Positions 48,313 through 57,371 of a stretch of 64,000 bases of DNA are shown one piece after another. Position 1 is the stretch's first letter; every line of letters begins with the position of its first letter. Below the pieces are notes generated by a model. It searched no databases. It saw only the letters and a program-made list of their open reading frames with translations, and was not told the origin of the DNA. Source of the stretch: a bacterium. GTDB taxonomy: Bacteria > UBA8248 > JACPRG01 > G963555815. The position numbers and the translations under genes are program-made. The DNA lies in assembly GCA_965218795.1 (NCBI GenBank), contig OZ244653.1:5088001-5152000 (forward strand), written 5' to 3'.

Positions 48313-50654
48313 ACCGGCCGGAAGAGGGACCGCATCGCCTCTCCACACGCATCACTCGACAGGATGAGAATATGGAACCGCTCAGGGTCGTCGGAAAACC
48401 CATCCCGCAGATCAATGCGCCGGAAAAGGTCCGGGGATACGCCAGGTATGTCGGAGATATGCAATTACCCCGGATGCTCCACGCCAAACTGCTCCGGAGT
48501 CCCCACGCCCACGCCCGCATCCTGGGTATCCGGGCGGACAAGGCCCTGCAGGTCCCCGGCGTTGCGGCGGTCGCCACGTCGGACGACACGCCGAAGGTGC
48601 CCTGGGGCGTGGTCAAGAATGACCAGCAGATCCTCGCGGTCGATAAGGTCCGTCACATCGGGGAGGAGGTTGCGGCCGTCGCCGCCGAGACCGAGGAAGC
48701 CGCGCTGGAGGCGGTCGAGCGTATCGAGGTGGAATACGAGGTCCTGCCGCCCGTCTTCGAATTGGAAGAGGCCCTCGCGCCCGGTGCGCCGGAAGTCCAT
48801 GAGGGAACGGGAAACGTGTCCCGGGAGCTCCGCATCCGCCACGGCGACGTCGAAAAAGGGTTTTCAGAATCCGCCGCCGTGCATGAAGAGACCTATACGA
48901 CGCCCCATCAGTTTCAGACTTACATGGAGCCGCTGGGCGCCCTGGCCGATATCGACGGGCAGGGCCGCATCACGCTGTACGTCCCCAGCCAATCCATATA
49001 CTTCACCCGGCGTCTCGTGGCCCAGGCCCTCCAGCTTCCCTCGACGAAGATTCGGGTCGTGCAGACCTGCGTGGGAGGCGCTTTCGGGGGCAAGCTCGGC
49101 GAAGATCCCATGGGGCACATTGCCTCCCTGATGGCGCTCAAGACGGGCCGTCCCGTCCGCCTCCTCAACAACCGTCTCGATGAATTTCAGGCCTCGCGGC
49201 CCCGGATGCCGGCGAAAATCCGCCTCGGAATGGGCGTGCGGGATGATGGAACCCTCGCCGCGAAGGAGGCGCAAATCCTCGGGAACAACGGGGCGTACAC
49301 GTGTTTTTCATACGAAGTGATCCAGGTGACGGCCACGAGGATGGACAATCTGTACCGGCAAGAGAATCTCAAGGTGGACGCCACGCTCGTCTACACCAAT
49401 CTCATTCCGGCGGGCGCCTTTCGCGGGTTCGGCAACCCGCAGATGTCCTTCGCGATGGAATCGCACATGGACGTCCTGGCGGAGAAGCTGGGCATGGATC
49501 CGGCGGAGCTCCGGCTTCGGAACGCCGTCCACGCAGGGGACGTCACGATCCACGGATGGGAACTGGGAAGCTGCGGGATCCAGGAGTGCATCGAGAAGGC
49601 GACAGAGGCGATCGATTGGAAGTCGCTTCGCTCGGCGAAGCAGGATCGGGAAGACGGCCGCTACCGGACGGGCATCGGCCTCGGCTGCGCCGTCCATTCA
49701 ACCTCCAGCCGGCAGCTCTCCAATTGGGACGGCTCGACGGCGGTCGTGAAGGTAGACGACGACGGAAAGGCCCAGGTCATCTGCGGCGAGGGGGAGCTGG
49801 GCCAGGGCGCGCAGACGGTCATCGCCCAGATTGCCGCCGAGGGACTGGGCCTGGAGGTGGACGACATAAGGGTCTCCGCGGCGGATACGGAGAACACGCC
49901 GCTCTGCTTCGGGGGCTACGGAAGCCGCCTGACGCTGATGGCGGGCAACGCCGTCCAGCGCGCGGCCGAAGGCTGCAAGAAGACCCTCCTGAACGTCGCC
50001 GCCGAGCAGTTGGAGGTTTCGCCGGGCGACTTACAGTTGGATCGCGGGATGATCTTCGTTCAGAGCGCGCCGGACAGGAAGATGACCATCGGCGATGCGG
50101 TGGCGGCGAACCTGCTCCGCGCGCAGGGGGACATCGTCTATCATCAGGCCACGTGGGACGCCCCCACCGTGACGCCCGACGAGGAGACCGCCTATGGCCG
50201 GACGACCGTGGCCTGTTCGTTCGTTTGCGTGATCGTCGTCGTCGAGGTGGACACCGAGACGGGGCAGGTCCATCTGAAACACATTGTCGCGGCCGACGAC
50301 CTGGGCAAGGCCATCAATCCGCTGACCGTCGAGGGGCAGGTGCAGGGGGAGCTGGCGCAGGGGCTGGGGTACGGCCTGTTTGAAAACGCCGTCGCCGAGG
50401 GAGGGCAGTTCGCCGGCGGAAACCTGGCTGATTACACTGTCCCCAAGGCCGACTCCCTTCCGGAGATCACCTCGATTTTCGTCGAATCCCTGGACCCGGA
50501 CGGTCCTTTCGGGGCCAAGGGCTGCTCGGAATGCGCGCTCGTCCCGACTGCGGCCGTCCTGGCGAATGCCGTCTACGACGCCGTCGGCGTTCGAATCACC
50601 TCCCTCCCCATCCGGCCGGAAATCATCCTGAGGGCCATGGCGGATCAGGTATAG
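48309..50654 (+). CDS. Xanthine dehydrogenase-family molybdopterin-binding subunit
   Basis: LRSPHAHA, GGAFGGK, AFRGFGNPQ, GQG, EGQVQG, GAKGCSE; start may be at 48372. Confidence 0.93.
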   Translation: MNRPEEGPHRLSTRITRQDENMEPLRVVGKPIPQINAPEKVRGYARYVGDMQLPRMLHAKLLRSPHAHARILGIRADKALQVPGVAAVATSDDTPKVPWGVVKNDQQILAVDKVRHIGEEVAAVAAETEEAALEAVERIEVEYEVLPPVFELEEALAPGAPEVHEGTGNVSRELRIRHGDVEKGFSESAAVHEETYTTPHQFQTYMEPLGALADIDGQGRITLYVPSQSIYFTRRLVAQALQLPSTKIRVVQTCVGGAFGGKLGEDPMGHIASLMALKTGRPVRLLNNRLDEFQASRPRMPAKIRLGMGVRDDGTLAAKEAQILGNNGAYTCFSYEVIQVTATRMDNLYRQENLKVDATLVYTNLIPAGAFRGFGNPQMSFAMESHMDVLAEKLGMDPAELRLRNAVHAGDVTIHGWELGSCGIQECIEKATEAIDWKSLRSAKQDREDGRYRTGIGLGCAVHSTSSRQLSNWDGSTAVVKVDDDGKAQVICGEGELGQGAQTVIAQIAAEGLGLEVDDIRVSAADTENTPLCFGGYGSRLTLMAGNAVQRAAEGCKKTLLNVAAEQLEVSPGDLQLDRGMIFVQSAPDRKMTIGDAVAANLLRAQGDIVYHQATWDAPTVTPDEETAYGRTTVACSFVCVIVVVEVDTETGQVHLKHIVAADDLGKAINPLTVEGQVQGELAQGLGYGLFENAVAEGGQFAGGNLADYTVPKADSLPEITSIFVESLDPDGPFGAKGCSECALVPTAAVLANAVYDAVGVRITSLPIRPEIILRAMADQV

Positions 50655-50828
50655 GGATTCTGGGGTTCGCTTCAGAGGACATTTTTCTTTTTGGGGGACA
50701 TTTTGGGCACTTGCGTGCCGGCCATTTCGTGGATGAGAGTCTTTCTGAGAATCATGGCCTCTGTGGCGCACGTCCATGCGACAGCTTGATGAGCAGGCAT
50801 GCAAGTGCATCAAGCTGACACGATGTGT

Positions 50829-51057
50829 CCCCCCCCCCCCCCCCAACCCCCCTGAAAAACTTTCATTTCGCGATGGAGGACCGCCCATGTACATGGGCGG
50901 TCCTCCATCGCAACAGCTTTCCTCATTGTTTATGTTCCGCGCCGGCAGACCCGTGTTCAGCGGACCCGCCCATACCGCGAGCAGGCCGAGCATTCGCTCG
51001 GCCGTCGAAAGTTTCTCGGGGGGTCGAGGGGGGCGGCTTTTCAAAGAAGCCCCCTCG
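50829..51057. repeat. MITE/REP-like foldback element with an internal 42-bp perfect palindrome
   Basis: Arms CCCCCCTGAAAAACTTTC / GAAAGTTTCTCGGGGGG; palindrome at 50870-50911. Confidence 0.7.
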
Positions 51058-51127
51058 AAATAATACTTCATGATTAAGAATGGTGTCCCCATAATTCCTG
51101 GATTCGGTCAGCCCATAAGAGCCAATC

Positions 51128-51331
51128 ATGGAACACGAGATCATCCGGAAGTTTCGGGAGAGGATGCGGGCGGCCGGATACGATGCGTTGATCGCCCTCT
51201 CCCCGTCCGTTCTGTCATTCCGAGGCCTGCCCCAGACACTTCCCCCGAAGAATCTTCTCTTCCCCAAAATACGTGTCATCTGTCAGGTCATTGCCCTGGA
51301 CCGCATCCGCGCTGCTGTGCAGCGTACGTAG
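51128..51331 (+). pseudogene. N-terminal fragment of an M24/creatinase-type peptidase
   Basis: RERMRAAGYDALIALSP, then similarity is lost. Confidence 0.4.
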
Positions 51332-51733
51332 GGGCGGGTCGGAGCCTGTGTCCCGAGCGAACGCGAGTGAGCACCCGCCCGCTCTCTGCATTTCGAGCGA
51401 GGGGCGCTTGGCCCCGACGAAAAATCCCGCCTTTTCGATTTCCTCCCTCCTTGAATCTGCGGTATTTGCGGATTCTTGTCGTTTCCCCTAACCGGTTTCC
51501 CCGTCCGCGGACCTGTTTTATCATTGATTTTCCCGATAAAAGTGCAAAGATTCCGACCAACGGCAGTTCCTTGGATAGAAAATACACTTGAGTCTGGGGT
51601 ATTTCGTATTATATTCGTATTTATGGTTTTTGAGGGAGGAAGCCGAGTGGAGTATGTCCGGATCGGATTATCGAAATTACCGATAGATTCCGGTCGCTGA
51701 GGCCCTTCGGTTAAACATTAAGAAAAGACCAAA

Positions 51734-51797
51734 CAAAGCCAAATAGTTGCTGAAAAATAAGGAAAGTTGATTTGGCTTTGAGCGGGGAAAGCCAAAT
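51734..51797. promoter_or_regulatory. Three copies of AAAGCCAAAT (inverted plus direct) upstream of the Mrr-like gene
   Basis: CAAAGCCAAAT 51734-44, ATTTGGCTTTG 51770-80, AAAGCCAAAT 51788-97. Confidence 0.5.
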
Positions 51798-51852
51798 ATT
51801 CGGGTTTCAGTTATCGGGAAAATCAATGAAAAAATGATTCGGGAGGCAAAAA

Positions 51853-52554
51853 ATGGCGCTTTACTTGGTGAGAGCGGGTAAGCATGGTGAGCATGAACAA
51901 CGGTTCTTACAGAGGAACCGTATCTATCTGACTTGGGGGGGACTCAAGCATGATCTAAGCAAGCTTGAGGACAAACCAGCACTGAGAAACCTGCTTGAGG
52001 TAGTCTACCCAGATGCCTCCAAAGGGAGAATTAGTAGTTTTACCGGCCAAATTTGGATTTTCGCAAAGAAGATTCAACAAGACGACTGGATCGCCCTTCC
52101 AAGCAAACTCAAACCTGCAATCCATATTGGAGAGGTCGTTGGCGAATATGTCTTTCACAAAGACGAAAAAGACCCGTATTTCCATTCCAGAGAGGTTAGA
52201 TGGATAGAAACCGATATTCCTCGCTCCAATTTTGACCAAGACGTCTTGTATTCTCTAGGGGCTCAAGGGTCAATCTGCCAACTCAGACGAAACAACGCCG
52301 AGGCTAGAATTCGTGAGATGGCGGGAAGTGGGTGGAAAGCTGGCTCGCTACCCCTGGATTTGGGGGATGAGGATGAAGAGGAATCCGAAGGTCCCGTGGA
52401 TCTTGAAGAGATTGCCCGGGACCAGATTGCTCAACTAATCACCGCAAAGTTTAAAGGGCACGGACTTGCACGACTTACTGAAGCATTGCTGAAGGCCCAA
52501 GGTTACACAACATTCAAGAGCCCAGAGGGGCCGGATAAAGGTGTAGACATTCTA
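51853..52554 (+). pseudogene. Mrr-like restriction endonuclease, truncated by IS630
   Basis: LVRAGKHGE N-terminus, [25 protein letters not shown]; cut before the QxK catalytic motif; lower GC. Confidence 0.88.
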
Positions 52555-53640
52555 GTGTACTGTCGCAGAAATTTTTTCACAAAGGCGTTTGATCTTTGCA
52601 AGGATGGAATCGGCCGTGGCCGTCCACACAAACGGCTGGGCGTTTTCGTTCCAGTGGTCGGTGAATCGGTCAATCCGGCGGATCAGTTCTTTCACTTTGT
52701 TGAAGGAGCCCCGTCGAATCGCACGTTGCGTGATGATGTGAAACCAGATTTCCACTTGGTTGAGCCAGGAAGCATACGTCGGCGTGAAGTGGAGTTGAAA
52801 CCGTGGGTGTCTTGCCAACCATTGCTTGATTTTGGCGTGCTTGTGGGTGGCGTAGTTGTCGATCACCAAATGAATGTCCAAATCCGGCGGCACCTGCTCC
52901 TCGATGTGGCGTAGAAACTGAAGAAATTCCTGATGACGATGGCGGGGCTTACACTGCGCCATGACTTCTCCGGTCTGGATGTCCAGCGCGGCAAACAGAG
53001 TCGTTGTGCCATGGCGCCTGTAGTCGTGGGTGACCCCTTCCACATAGCCCAAGCCCAAGGGCAGCAACGGCTGCGTGCGTTCCAGAGCCTGGACCTGGCT
53101 CTTCTCGTCCACGCACAGCACCATGGCATGCTCGGGCGGATTCAGGTATAACCCCACGATGTCGCGTACTTTCTCCACGAAGAAGGGATCCGTGGAGAGT
53201 TTGAAGTGCGCTTGTCGATGGGGCTGCAACCCGAAGGCACGCCAGATGCGATGCACCGTATCTTTGGATACACCCGTCGCCTGCGCCATGGAACGCACCG
53301 TCCACTGGGTCGCCTCGTTGGGACGCTCTTTGAGTGTCTTGTATACGACCTCGGCCACTTGCTCATCCTCAATCGATCGCGGCGCTCCAGGCCGCAATTC
53401 GTCATACAGGCCGATCAGGCCGCGGTCGAGATACCGCTGGCGCCATTTTCCCACGGTGGCACGATTCACGCCAAGCGCCTCGCCAACCGCACGATTGGGC
53501 TTGCCATCGGCGGCCAACAAGACAATCTGGGCACGGCGCACCAGCCCATGGGGTAGGCTGCGGGAATGGGCCATAGACTCCAATTGCTGTCGAGCATCAT
53601 CGCTCAACTCCAAAGCTTTCAGCGGGCGTCCCCGTGGCAT
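52552..53640 (-). CDS. IS630 transposase
   Basis: [52 protein letters not shown]. Confidence 0.96.
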   Translation of the reverse strand: MPRGRPLKALELSDDARQQLESMAHSRSLPHGLVRRAQIVLLAADGKPNRAVGEALGVNRATVGKWRQRYLDRGLIGLYDELRPGAPRSIEDEQVAEVVYKTLKERPNEATQWTVRSMAQATGVSKDTVHRIWRAFGLQPHRQAHFKLSTDPFFVEKVRDIVGLYLNPPEHAMVLCVDEKSQVQALERTQPLLPLGLGYVEGVTHDYRRHGTTTLFAALDIQTGEVMAQCKPRHRHQEFLQFLRHIEEQVPPDLDIHLVIDNYATHKHAKIKQWLARHPRFQLHFTPTYASWLNQVEIWFHIITQRAIRRGSFNKVKELIRRIDRFTDHWNENAQPFVWTATADSILAKIKRLCEKISATVH

Positions 53641-53723
53641 AGGTTCCTCCTTGAAAAAGGGGTGATCAGGAAACCTATGCACAAACATGACTTTTGCCTA
53701 CTTATTCTTGAGACGAAACACTA
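52553..53723 (-). mobile_element. IS630-family insertion sequence
   Basis: Ends CTAGTGT...ACACTAG with TA at both sides; intact transposase inside. Confidence 0.93.
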
Positions 53724-54107
53724 GAGAGTCGCTACCGCTACTCCATCGGCCTCGTCTACAACACCTTCCCGACACCGTCCGGCTTCGTGGACGGGGACAT
53801 GGACAAGTCGAAGCTGGGGCCGCTGGCCCAGGCCGTCCTCGCCGCCCGCGAGAACCATCCCGGGGCGACCCTCGCCACCCTCTACGACCCCGACCTCATG
53901 CCGCCCGACCTCCGCAAGGCCCACCAAACCCTCGACCGCGCCGTGGACCGCCTCTACCGCCGCACCCCCTTCGCCTCCGACCGCGAGCGCGTTGAGCACC
54001 TCTTTGCCCTCTACGAGCGCCTGCAAGCTCCCCTCGCCGTCCAAGGTGTCCCCAAACGCAAAGCCAGACAGCGCGCGACCGGTGGGATGAGTCTTCTTAG
54101 GGTCTGA
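53721..54107 (+). pseudogene. 3' end of an MmeI-like type IIL restriction-modification gene (copy 1)
   Basis: LESRYRYSIGLVYNTFP...LATLYDPDLMPPDLRKAHQTLDRAVDRLY...ERVEHLFALY. Confidence 0.88.
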
Positions 54108-54196
54108 GCATCCTTCCCGCGCAGCCCGTCTCGAATGCTTTGGTCAAGGGGCGGGAACCAAGGCGCCACCGGAAGCGACCGCAACTCCTGACGGTC

Positions 54197-54222
54197 GTCA
54201 TTCCCACGTACGCGGGAATCCA
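54197..54222. repeat. Single GTCATTCC..GGAATCCA palindrome
   Basis: GTCATTCCCACGTACGCGGGAATCCA, same family as at 21.7 and 23.0 kb. Confidence 0.75.
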
Positions 54223-54434
54223 GTCTCCCTCACCCCCTTTGGGGTCAGGCCGAGGACCGGGACTGACGCTTCCCCCTGCGTCCCAGGTCCCAAGTAGTTT
54301 CGCTCGAATTACGTATAATATTGACACTTCCCCATTGTCTGTCAAGAGAAGTTTTCGTTTTTATTTTGTTTTACAGGGTTTTCCGGATGTTTGATTTTTT
54401 CTTCGGGGTGTACCAAATCTGTAGTTTGAACGAA

Positions 54435-54755
54435 CTCTACAACACCGCGGCCATGGACACGCCCCCCGGCCGCCGGCGAAGAGGAACTGGAATGCCTCGC
54501 CCCCACGCCGATGCCGTCCTCGGCGCCCGCGAGAACCATCCCGGCGCGACGCTGGCCGACCTCTACGACCTTGACCTCATGCCGCCCGATCTTTGCAAGG
54601 CCCGCCAAGCCCTCGGCCGCGCCGTGGACCGGATATATCGGCCCGGCGGCTTCGCTTCGGAGCGTGAGCGCGTCGAGCATTTGTTCATGCTCTATGAGAA
54701 AATGCGTGCGCCCCTTGAGGCTGGGGTGAAGATGAAAAGGAGGGGGAGGGGGTGA
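54435..54755 (+). pseudogene. 3' end of an MmeI-like gene (copy 2, degenerate)
   Basis: LYNT...AVLGARENHPGATLADLYDLDLMPPDL...RAVDRIY...ERERVEHLFMLYEKM. Confidence 0.85.
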
Positions 54756-55534
54756 ACGACCCACATGTAGTCGCGTTACTTTATCGCGTCGAGCATGGCG
54801 AATCGGTTGACTATAGCGAGGCGGAGCCGCTTGTTCGCGAAGAACCCGCGTTTCGGCTGGAAGTCAAAGACAACAAAGTTCGTTTTGAGTTGAAGGACCA
54901 CTACGCGAGCGAAGAGGATGCGCGAAATGCCGTTGAAGACTACATTCGCGATTGGGAATTTGACGCTTGCCTTGAGAAAGGGCCGGACTCCTTTCGGTTA
55001 AAATTCGACAGAGCGAAGATTATAGACCGGAATCCGACACTAGGTGCGTGTCGTCTCGCCGCCGAGGTAACAGCTACAGGCTATGGCTCGTCTACACTCA
55101 CCATTGGGTTCCGCAGTTATCCTTCGCCCCCATCGGACATCAGGATCGACGCCGCTGTTCAGACGATGTTTGATCGGTACATGAATCATCTGCGAAGGCT
55201 CGAGCTACTTCCGGGGATGGCTAATTTTTGCCTTACTATGCTGGAGGATATGGCGGAACGGGCAAAACAGGGGAGGGAATCTAAGCGCAAAGCCGCTTCT
55301 CGATATTTTCAGATCGAAATGAAAGTCCTCCAGGAAATTGGTCGTCTTTCCTCCACAAAAGGCGGCCCCTTGGGGGCGCGAAAGAGCGAGGGCGTCTTCC
55401 ATGACCTGACGAACGAAGAAAGTGGCTTTCTCCGGGTAGCTGTCAAGAAAATGATTCGCCGGGCCGCGGAGAAGGCTCATTCGCCGGGCAAAATACCCGC
55501 AAAAATCTCGCTGCCCGATCTGTCGCCGATATGA
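54752..55534 (+). CDS. Hypothetical protein
   Basis: 260-aa ORF, GTGA overlap with MmeI copy 2, lower GC; no family recognised. Confidence 0.8.
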   Translation: MNDPHVVALLYRVEHGESVDYSEAEPLVREEPAFRLEVKDNKVRFELKDHYASEEDARNAVEDYIRDWEFDACLEKGPDSFRLKFDRAKIIDRNPTLGACRLAAEVTATGYGSSTLTIGFRSYPSPPSDIRIDAAVQTMFDRYMNHLRRLELLPGMANFCLTMLEDMAERAKQGRESKRKAASRYFQIEMKVLQEIGRLSSTKGGPLGARKSEGVFHDLTNEESGFLRVAVKKMIRRAAEKAHSPGKIPAKISLPDLSPI

Positions 55535-55645
55535 GCAATGATGCTCCGACTTTCTCCACCGACATGACGTGAATTGACACGAGATTCCAAAGGGATAACA
55601 TGGAAACACCTGCCGCCACTTGGCGGACACATGATGGGGAAAGCG

Positions 55646-55891
55646 ATGGCGCGGAGCACTATCAACATTCTCGCCGAGTGGGATTCGGAGGCGCGGGTCT
55701 GGGTGGCCGAGAGCGAGGACGTGCCCGGACTCGCCGCCGAAGCGCCCACGCCCGAGGAACTGGAAGAGAAACTCAAGGTCCTCATTCCCGAACTGCTGGA
55801 CTTGAACGCCCATCTTCTGGATGACGCCGCTCCGCCGCGTCAGGCGAAAACGCATTTCAGCGCGTTCGATCGGGAAGTTCAGTTCGCCTGA
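55646..55891 (+). CDS. DUF1902 / HicB-like antitoxin
   Basis: AEWDSEARVWVAESEDVPGLAAEA.T.EEL...IPELLDLN. Confidence 0.88.
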   Translation: MARSTINILAEWDSEARVWVAESEDVPGLAAEAPTPEELEEKLKVLIPELLDLNAHLLDDAAPPRQAKTHFSAFDREVQFA

Positions 55892-55894
55892 TCC

Positions 55895-56088
55895 GTGGGC
55901 AATTACACCGGGGAATTGAAAAACTCCTGCGCGAGAAAGGCTGCCGTTTCGAGCGGCAGCGCAAGGGAGATCATGAAATCTGGTACAGCCCTGTTACGTC
56001 GAAGCGTTTTCCCGTCGATAATGAAATCAAATCCCGCCATACGGCCAACGCGGTGCTCAAACAGGCGGGTCTTCCAAAAGCCTTTTAA
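55895..56088 (+). pseudogene. HicA-family toxin with a 1-nt frameshift
   Basis: Adding one A in TTGAAAAAC gives MGNYTGELKKLLREKGCRFERQRKGDHEIWYSP...SRHTANAVLKQAGLPKAF*. Confidence 0.85.
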
Positions 56089-56118
56089 GCGAAAACGTCT
56101 CACCGGGGAGGAAGCGGT

Positions 56119-56667
56119 ATGAGTGAAACCGAAAGTACAGCAAGCGCTGCGTCGCTGGAAGCGCGGCTGCGCGACATCGAGGACAGGCTCGAAATCTACA
56201 ACCTGATCGCTTCGCACCCGCCGAGCGCCGACACCGGCGCCGACTATTACACCCGCGTCGTCTACACCGAAGACGGCGTCTTCGACCGTGGCGAAGGTCT
56301 CGACAGTGCAGTCGGCAACGAGGCCATCGGCGCCTTCACCCTGTCCCCCGAGCATCAGCGGGCAATTCACGGCGGCCTCGCCCACTGCGCCGGGCTGCCG
56401 CACATCGAGCTCAACGGCGATGCAGCCTATGTCACCTCGTACGTGCAGATCATCCACCGCGACGCCGAGGGCGCCGAACGCGAGCTGGCCAATCACGGCG
56501 CCTCAACCGGCTACCGCATCCATCGCGTCGTCGCCAACCGCTGGGAGCTGACGCGCACGCCCGGGGGCTGGAAGATCAAAAGCCGGAAGTTGCGCCCGCT
56601 CGACGGCTCGGCGCCGGCGCGCGATATCCTGGCCCACGCTCTGGCGCGCTACCGCCCCGCCGACTGA
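56119..56667 (+). CDS. SnoaL/NTF2-like family protein
   Basis: RLRDIEDRLEIYNL, YTEDGVF, GDAA, GGWKIKSR. Confidence 0.88.
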   Translation: MSETESTASAASLEARLRDIEDRLEIYNLIASHPPSADTGADYYTRVVYTEDGVFDRGEGLDSAVGNEAIGAFTLSPEHQRAIHGGLAHCAGLPHIELNGDAAYVTSYVQIIHRDAEGAERELANHGASTGYRIHRVVANRWELTRTPGGWKIKSRKLRPLDGSAPARDILAHALARYRPAD

Positions 56668-56669
56668 CC

Positions 56670-56845
56670 CGCAGAGCCCTGGACCGCGCCGTGGAGGGGA
56701 TCTATCGGCGCAATGGATTTTCCTCTGAGCGCGAGCGGAGCATCTGTTCGCACTTTATGAAAAAATATGCGCGCCGTTGGCAGCGGATATGACTGCGAAG
56801 CCGAAACGGGGGAGAAGGGGTAAACCGGCTGATCGTGCAAGGTAG
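56670..56845 (+). pseudogene. 3' end of an MmeI-like gene (copy 3, shortest, frameshifted)
   Basis: Not in the ORF track: RRALDRAVEGIYRRNGFSSERE / EHLFALYEKICAPLAADMTAKPKRGRRG...*. Confidence 0.8.
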
Positions 56846-57371
56846 CGCAGCGAATGGGATTTCATGCTCGGTTTGCGCCGATACCACTCGTCGAGGACAA
56901 CAACTGGCGCGATGAGTCTCAGCACCGTCTGAACATCTGCATGAGAGTCGTTACTGAGGAGAGAAGCTTTGAAAAGGAGCCCGAATGAACGACATACATG
57001 ACGTTTCCGATATGGAAGCGATCACCTACGCCGCCAGCAAGCTGGACGCGGCGGCCGCGCTGTCCGCATCCTATCACCCAGATGCATATAAACCACATGA
57101 AGGGCCCGACAGACAGCGGGAAAAGTGCTCGCCAACCGCCTCGACCCTGATGATCCATGAGCCCCTTTTCCCATGATGTCAGCCGTGAGATCTTGGCGCA
57201 TGCCTCAGCAAAAGATGTCGATGCGGATTTTTTCGACGCGTTCCGATCTTCGATCGGGCCCGGCCTTTCGCCCCTCGTCGATTGTTGCCTGAAGTTGCCC
57301 GTCTGACGCCTCGATTGCTATGATTTCCCGCGGCTTACGAACCCGAGACGATACCGCCACCGGAGAAGTGA

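Noticed and set aside
52555-52914. C-terminal 120 aa of ORF 51853-52914
   Set aside because: Read-through into the antisense strand of IS630, not Mrr sequence.
56985-57176. 63-aa ORF with an AAGGAG RBS after MmeI copy 3
   Set aside because: May be a cargo-gene remnant, but no family is recognisable, so it was not annotated.
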